In this document: positions 59,368 through 64,000 of the stretch, piece by piece | Numbering within the stretch: position 1 is the stretch's first letter | How the letters are laid out: each line of letters opens with the position of its first letter | DNA from: a virus | DNA length: 64,000 bases | IMG/VR virus record: IMGVR_UViG_3300036818_000107 | Location: 3,139-67,138 of that record | Direction: 5' to 3' (one strand) | Made by a program: the position numbers and the translations under genes | Notes under the pieces: model-generated | Told to the model about the DNA's origin: nothing | Database searches by the model: none | The model's input: only the letters and a program-made list of their open reading frames with translations

Positions 59368-59631
59368 ATGAAAGAGAACATCAACGATATCGTCAATCAT
59401 GTTGCGCAAGAGCTAGAGAAGGACAGAAGGCGCGTGATGATTGAGAATTATATCAATAGGGCTGTGTCAAGAATACAGCTCAGTGCTACTGTAGATATGG
59501 CTATGTTTGAACCTGATGCTCAAGTTGCAGGTGAAATAAAAGCATGGAGAGAAGCTAATGGAATGATTGCTGCCTACAAAGTGTCTGAAGCAGCTCGCAT
59601 TATCTTGAGACAAGAGCTGTTAGGAGAGTAG
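59368..59631 (+). CDS. Hypothetical protein
   Basis: AAGGA RBS after a GC hairpin. Confidence 0.65.
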   Translation: MKENINDIVNHVAQELEKDRRRVMIENYINRAVSRIQLSATVDMAMFEPDAQVAGEIKAWREANGMIAAYKVSEAARIILRQELLGE

Positions 59632-59766
59632 CACGTGGCTAGAGCAGAGCTGAGATGTCCAGGTCAAGAACAAACGATAAAAGATCGTCATGATGTAGAT
59701 TTGCCTCTAGAGCAGGTAGCAGGCAACATGCAGATTGTGTATGATTGCGAGAGGAAGGATTGAGCC

Positions 59767-60018
59767 ATGAACGAGAACATTCTTAGTGCTGCTATAGCTC
59801 TGTCTGCTGGCAACAAAGCCAAGACGACAAACGTAAGAGGTGAGACAATCGTGGTACAGCAACAATTTCCTGAGGGCCACGATTGGAATTTGCACGTCTG
59901 GGTTATTGCGCCAGACAGAGGCCATGTACGAGAGTCGGATTTCCAATTCAGGCAAGGGTATAAGCTCAAAGAGATCTACGAGGTTGACCCAGGTGAGAAG
60001 ATTTGGGCTGCAGTGTAG
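59767..60018 (+). CDS. Hypothetical protein
   Basis: RBS; terminator at about 60043-60083. Confidence 0.65.
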   Translation: MNENILSAAIALSAGNKAKTTNVRGETIVVQQQFPEGHDWNLHVWVIAPDRGHVRESDFQFRQGYKLKEIYEVDPGEKIWAAV

Positions 60019-60198
60019 TGGGCTTGAGCAGAGCTGGCAAACAAAAACCGCCTCTGGGTAGCTACTCCCTTTGGCGGTTTCTTGCTCCGTAGTCCTATCG
60101 CGCTAGGCCACCTGTCACGTTCACAGATGTTCTCTACAGCATTCTCAATTTTGGTGATGGCTTGCATTGTACCAACAATCCGCACTCCTGACAAGGGG

Positions 60199-60704
60199 CT
60201 ATACCGTCACCTCATACGAATTGCACATATCAAATCCCTCTCTACACACATCACACCTGTCATCCTCTGATACCTCGCCTTGCGACACACGTACCACTAA
60301 TCGCCCGTTCTTGCCATGGTAACTGAAGCCCTTCAGCACGTCGTCTACAAATTCGGCTCCGTACGCTCTCTTAGCGCACCGGATGCCAAGTAACTGACTG
60401 TCCGTCCAGAGTGCTATCGTGATCATGTGCCCTCCTCTTGCTCAAACTTGCTACACGCCTCAAAGCTTACTTTGTGATCTGTAGCCCTACCGTGTGTAAT
60501 GCCTCGTTTATCACATTTGATATACGTCTTATTATGGTAATATAGCCTAACGAGATACTTACAATCCTTGCACATCTTGCCCTCAGTCTTGCCAAATCGC
60601 CTCACCATGGGATTGTCAGACACAGGCAGCTCGTTGCCTTGCCAGTCGGTAGGTGGCTTCTGCTCTTGTGGCTGCTCTTCAAAGTCAAATAGGGTATCCA
60701 TCAA
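60199..60704 (-). CDS. Two small Cys-rich proteins (60199..60426, 60423..60704)
   Basis: Coupled ORFs; CKDCKY..C..AC motif. Confidence 0.6.
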
Positions 60705-60832
60705 TCTCTCCTTTTGTCAATCTGTCATACTCTTCTCATTAACGCGCTACACAGACAGTGGAAATTGTGTTCTACATCACATCAAGCAACCGACCTGTGT
60801 TACCTTTCTGCTTCCACTCGTTCTACCTGATT

Positions 60833-61252
60833 ATGACAAACTCTCGTATCTGCAAGAACTGCAATGCACAAGAAGCAAATGGCGTTCCATTCCCAATTCG
60901 AGGCTTGCTATGCAGAAAGTGTGCATCAGCAAAGGAAAAGCAACGCTACCATGACAAGAAAGAGAGCATTCTTGCAGACAAGAAACAATACTACAATGAT
61001 AATAAGACTCAAGTATCAGTAAGGCATGCACGCTATCATGCCGAGCACAGAGACCACATCAATGCCCAAGACCGCCTGGAATACGCTGAGAAGGTCAAGA
61101 GAGCCCCTTCAAGACCGTGCATTGATTGTGCTGCTCCCATGCCTAGACGAGCCAGGAAATACTGCTCTGAGTGCAAAGAGAAGCACGATAGAGAGGCGGC
61201 ACGGCTTGGCATGCAGAAACTCAGGATGAAAGCAGAGCAGGCTGATGGCTAG
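60833..61252 (+). CDS. Zinc-finger, basic helical protein
   Basis: CKNC, CRKC, CIDC, YCSEC motifs. Start uncertain. Confidence 0.6.
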   Translation: MTNSRICKNCNAQEANGVPFPIRGLLCRKCASAKEKQRYHDKKESILADKKQYYNDNKTQVSVRHARYHAEHRDHINAQDRLEYAEKVKRAPSRPCIDCAAPMPRRARKYCSECKEKHDREAARLGMQKLRMKAEQADG

Positions 61253-61257
61253 GTGGC

Positions 61258-62403
61258 TCACTGCTGCTCTCCCTTCTTTTGTGCCTCTAGCCTTGCCTGT
61301 AAGCTTCTAGGGCCTCTAGGCTTGTCAATCTTTAGCCGTGTATACCCAACTGGCAACGAGGGCTCTTTAGGCTTCTCAGTCGCTTTTGGAGCACTCGGCA
61401 CGGCACCCACCGTCTTGTCCTCTGTCCAGTTGGTAAAGCCGCTCGCTGTCTGACGTTTGGGAGCTGGTGTTGTCATCTTCCAAACTCGAGCAGTAAACTG
61501 ACTGGCAACGGTTGATGGCTTCCCTCTGTGCTGTTGCCAGAACGGGTCCTTGTCATCCCAAATGTCATTGAAGACAAAATCTACCTGCTCAGGAGTAGCC
61601 GACTGGCTACGTAGGTCCTGGATAGCTGCATTGTTTTTCTCGTTACGAGGGACTTTGAAGTCGGCAGCGTAACCTTTCCCTTGGCACAAGCGGTCAAAGA
61701 GCGGGTAGTCCACTTCAGTCGGCTTCGTCTCTTCAGAAGATTTTTGAGAAGAGAGAGAGGAAGAAGCGTCCGGTTGAGACGAGTTCGAAGTTTCTGCTGA
61801 CGGCGCGGGCTTTCCCTCTTTGCTCTCTCTCTTTGGTTTAACAGTCTTTGTAGTTATCTTTGTTAACGCTTGCCCGGATTCGGGTTTTGCTAATCCTAGA
61901 TTTGGGTAATGCTCGTGCTTGGGGCATGTAAAACAAATCACGGATTCGGGTTTTGCATTACCCAAATTTGGGTTTTGCTTGACGGTTTTTATGAGATGCT
62001 CAATATCGCCATCCAAGCCAAGGCAAGCTAAACAGATCCCATGTTTCTGGCATAGCTCAAACAGCTTCCTACACTGCTCTTCCCCAAAATAAAAGTGTTT
62101 GGTCCGGTCAGCCCCGTGTTTGAGGTTCTTACCACGCCCGATCAGTCCCATTTCTACAAGGTTGTTTGTTTCTACTCTGATCTTTTCACGCCCCCAGGCA
62201 CCTGCTAAGCATTCAATAAGTTCCTCAGTGGTAGCATAGTAAGTTATTTCCCCTGATTGCATCTTTTCTGCTGACTCTCCCTTGGCTTTCTTGGCAATCC
62301 AGTACAGGAGATGATTAAATAAAGCGGCTCTACAGCCATCTTCACAGAACTTCATAAAACTAGGACGAATAATAACAACTATCTCACTCATAACGGCTTC
62401 CAT
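61258..62403 (-). CDS. Replication initiator 2
   Basis: N-terminus resembles initiator 1; internal iterons. Confidence 0.75.
   Translation of the reverse strand: MEAVMSEIVVIIRPSFMKFCEDGCRAALFNHLLYWIAKKAKGESAEKMQSGEITYYATTEELIECLAGAWGREKIRVETNNLVEMGLIGRGKNLKHGADRTKHFYFGEEQCRKLFELCQKHGICLACLGLDGDIEHLIKTVKQNPNLGNAKPESVICFTCPKHEHYPNLGLAKPESGQALTKITTKTVKPKRESKEGKPAPSAETSNSSQPDASSSLSSQKSSEETKPTEVDYPLFDRLCQGKGYAADFKVPRNEKNNAAIQDLRSQSATPEQVDFVFNDIWDDKDPFWQQHRGKPSTVASQFTARVWKMTTPAPKRQTASGFTNWTEDKTVGAVPSAPKATEKPKEPSLPVGYTRLKIDKPRGPRSLQARLEAQKKGEQQ
61875..61978. repeat. Iterons (origin 2), ATTYGGGTWWTGC
   Basis: 16-mers at 61875, 61897, 61941 and 61963. Confidence 0.85.
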
Positions 62404-62428
62404 TCCACAATATAAATAATAGGAGAAT

Positions 62429-62464
62429 AAAAAAAAGGGATGACCAACCTCCGTCAGCCATCCC
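62429..62464 (-). terminator. Intrinsic terminator or attenuator just upstream of initiator 2
   Basis: GGGATGGC..GTCATCCC plus T8 on the minus strand. Confidence 0.7.
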
Positions 62465-62471
62465 AGGGAAC

Positions 62472-62720
62472 CTACCAGCTATACTGGCTGCAGCGTGGCG
62501 ACCCACAGGAGTATTGAGGGCTCTTAGCTAGATGCCCACATGTCCCATAGACGGGTTGTATAGCTGGCAGGGCACGTGTGTGCACAACCCGCGATGCCTG
62601 ATACTTCTCATACTCAACTCGAGCATGAGTGGAACAAATACCGTGGGTTCCCTCTCCCTGTGGCTTGCCCTGCTCAGCATTGCACCACGCGCAGACTGTT
62701 GCAACTTGTGTGATAATCAT
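62472..62720 (-). CDS. Small zinc-binding protein
   Basis: VCAWC..THGICSTH; AAGGAG RBS. Confidence 0.7.
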   Translation of the reverse strand: MIITQVATVCAWCNAEQGKPQGEGTHGICSTHARVEYEKYQASRVVHTRALPAIQPVYGTCGHLAKSPQYSCGSPRCSQYSW

Positions 62721-62721
62721 G

Positions 62722-62808
62722 TAATATCTCCTTATGTAAAGGTCTAGGAACCGGATGGTTCCGAACTGTCCCCTCGGGTGAGTTAAAGAGACACCCGAGG
62801 GGCTTTTT
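62722..62808. ncRNA. Double-hairpin leader or candidate antisense RNA, copy 2
   Basis: GGAACC/GGTTCC and CCCCTCGGGTG/CACCCGAGGGG plus T-tract; plus-strand TTGCAA(62699)-17-TAATAT. Confidence 0.55.
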
Positions 62809-62837
62809 ATTGAAAGGTCTTGTAAACCTTTGTAAAG

Positions 62838-62905
62838 ATATTGTACTCTACAAAATTGGTCTTGTCAATCCTTGACAAGCTAAGTAAAGTTATGGTAAGA
62901 TACTT
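62838..62905. promoter_or_regulatory. Back-to-back divergent promoters
   Basis: CTTGTCAAtccTTGACAAG; minus strand TTGACA-17-TACAAT, plus strand TTGACA-18-TAAGAT. Confidence 0.8.
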
Positions 62906-62929
62906 GCAGATGAGAAAAGGAGGTGCAAA

Positions 62930-63148
62930 TTGCCAATCATTGAGGACGGTGAAACGTATCTCTCTGTAAAAGAGACACACGAACGATTAGGCATATCGCG
63001 CCAAGCGTTGAACGGATACGTTCAAAGGGGGTTACTAAAAAAGTATTCCAGGACGTTGGCTAGAAGGGTCTTTTTCAAAGAGGCTGAGGTTGATGCCTTG
63101 ACGAGGATTAAGCAACCGAATGCAGACGAGGGAGACCGAGCGGCCTAG
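62930..63148 (+). CDS. Xis-like HTH_17 regulator
   Basis: YLSVKETHERLGISRQAL; AGGAGG RBS. Confidence 0.85.
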   Translation: MPIIEDGETYLSVKETHERLGISRQALNGYVQRGLLKKYSRTLARRVFFKEAEVDALTRIKQPNADEGDRAA

Positions 63149-63231
63149 CGCCACTAGGATAGCGACCTTGAGAACCACTATCCTAGTAGTAACTATTGTT
63201 CAAAGTATAATCAAGTTGCAGGAATACTGCA

Positions 63232-63735
63232 ATGATACAGGTGTTCAAGAAGGCTGGATTTATGCGTAGCAAAATTGGAGAGCGTAGACCTATAGATGGT
63301 AGTAGAGATCGCTTTTGTGTCGTCTGCGAGAAAATGTACCTTGCGTACAGCAGAGTAGAAATTTCTTTTCTCTGTCCCGATTGCTGCACACCTAAGCTTC
63401 GCAAAGAGCAAAATAGGTATATTGCTGAGATGAAACGTGCTAGACAGCATAACTTGCCTACTACCCTAGTGTTTAAGCAATGGTTGAGGGTACTTGAGTA
63501 CTTCAATTGGTCTTGCGCCTACTGCAAAGAGGGCAATCTGGACGTTATGGATCATGTTATCTCCATTAAGGATAATGGAGGGACAGAAGCTCTAAATGTT
63601 GTCCCATGCTGCTATAGCTGCAATAACAAAGACAATGGGATGATATCAAAAGAGAAGCGCGTCTCACTAGATGTAATCAATGCGGTGCGTGAAGAGTTGG
63701 CAAGGCTCTTTGCAGGGCATGCGTCGCCTTGCTGA
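63232..63735 (+). CDS. HNH endonuclease
   Basis: CAYC..MDHVI..GG..NVVPCCYSCN. Confidence 0.88.
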   Translation: MIQVFKKAGFMRSKIGERRPIDGSRDRFCVVCEKMYLAYSRVEISFLCPDCCTPKLRKEQNRYIAEMKRARQHNLPTTLVFKQWLRVLEYFNWSCAYCKEGNLDVMDHVISIKDNGGTEALNVVPCCYSCNNKDNGMISKEKRVSLDVINAVREELARLFAGHASPC

Positions 63736-63840
63736 TAACTCAACGGCGCATGCACAAACTACTTAAGTCAAAGTATAGTCGAAAATTGTCTACAATGACA
63801 AGAAACGAATGTTCTACTCCCTTGTGGAAGGAGTGATTGA

Positions 63841-64000
63841 ATGTCAAACAGTAACGGCTTTACCGACATTGCGCTGAGAGAAGTGCATACAGGTGAGAAG
63901 ACGATTGAGGATCTCGAGCGCAAAGTCAAGTTTCTCAGCAAGAGATCGGATGAGACATCTCATAAGATGCTTGAAGGCATCCAAGCAGCTCTCGACATTC
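63841..64000 (+). CDS. Copy of the 56-aa gene at 767 (truncated by the window end)
   Basis: One mismatch over 63853-64000 versus 779-926. Confidence 0.8.
   Translation, partial: MSNSNGFTDIALREVHTGEKTIEDLERKVKFLSKRSDETSHKMLEGIQAALDI

Larger units (their letters stand above)
1..64000. mobile_element. Temperate siphovirus-like phage / phage-plasmid, about 63 kb unit
   Basis: Terminase, portal, protease, capsid, tail tube, tape measure, amidase, holin, DnaB and Rad52-like genes in phage order. The gene at 767 recurs at 63841 (offset 63,074). Confidence 0.93.

Noticed and set aside
59637-60036. GGCT(A/T)GAGCAGAGCTG after two successive stop codons
   Set aside because: Only two short copies and no structure I can support.
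63803-63814. Possible LexA box AAAC-GAAT-GTTC
   Set aside because: One mismatch to GAAC-N4-GTTC, and the homologous site near 724-735 matches poorly; too weak to call.
1-64000. tRNA, rRNA, retron or integron features
   Set aside because: No cloverleaf or T-loop signatures, reverse transcriptase or attC pattern were seen by eye; a tRNAscan/Infernal run would be needed to exclude them.

Overview
The window is almost entirely a temperate siphovirus-like phage or phage-plasmid of about 63 kb. The host is probably Ktedonobacteria (filamentous Chloroflexota); this is inferred from recalled protein families and not verified. The minus strand from about 10.7 to 37 kb carries a complete packaging, head, tail and lysis operon. 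From 37 to 57.6 kb lie replication and recombination genes (initiator with iterons, DnaB, Rad52/Sak, ParB-methyltransferase). No integrase is visible. Four things are unusual. (1) At 1.7-5.4 kb an operon resembles Streptomyces TraB/clt/SpdB2 dsDNA transfer and intramycelial spreading; a second initiator with its own iterons lies at 61-62 kb. (2) At 6.5-10.7 kb an array of autoregulated cassettes shares a boundary motif, and one cassette encodes a DHH protein resembling the type III CRISPR NrN phosphodiesterase. (3) Double-hairpin leaders and antisense promoters recur throughout. (4) The two window ends carry homologous but diverged control modules 63,074 bp apart. All protein calls come from motif recognition by eye; no searches were run.
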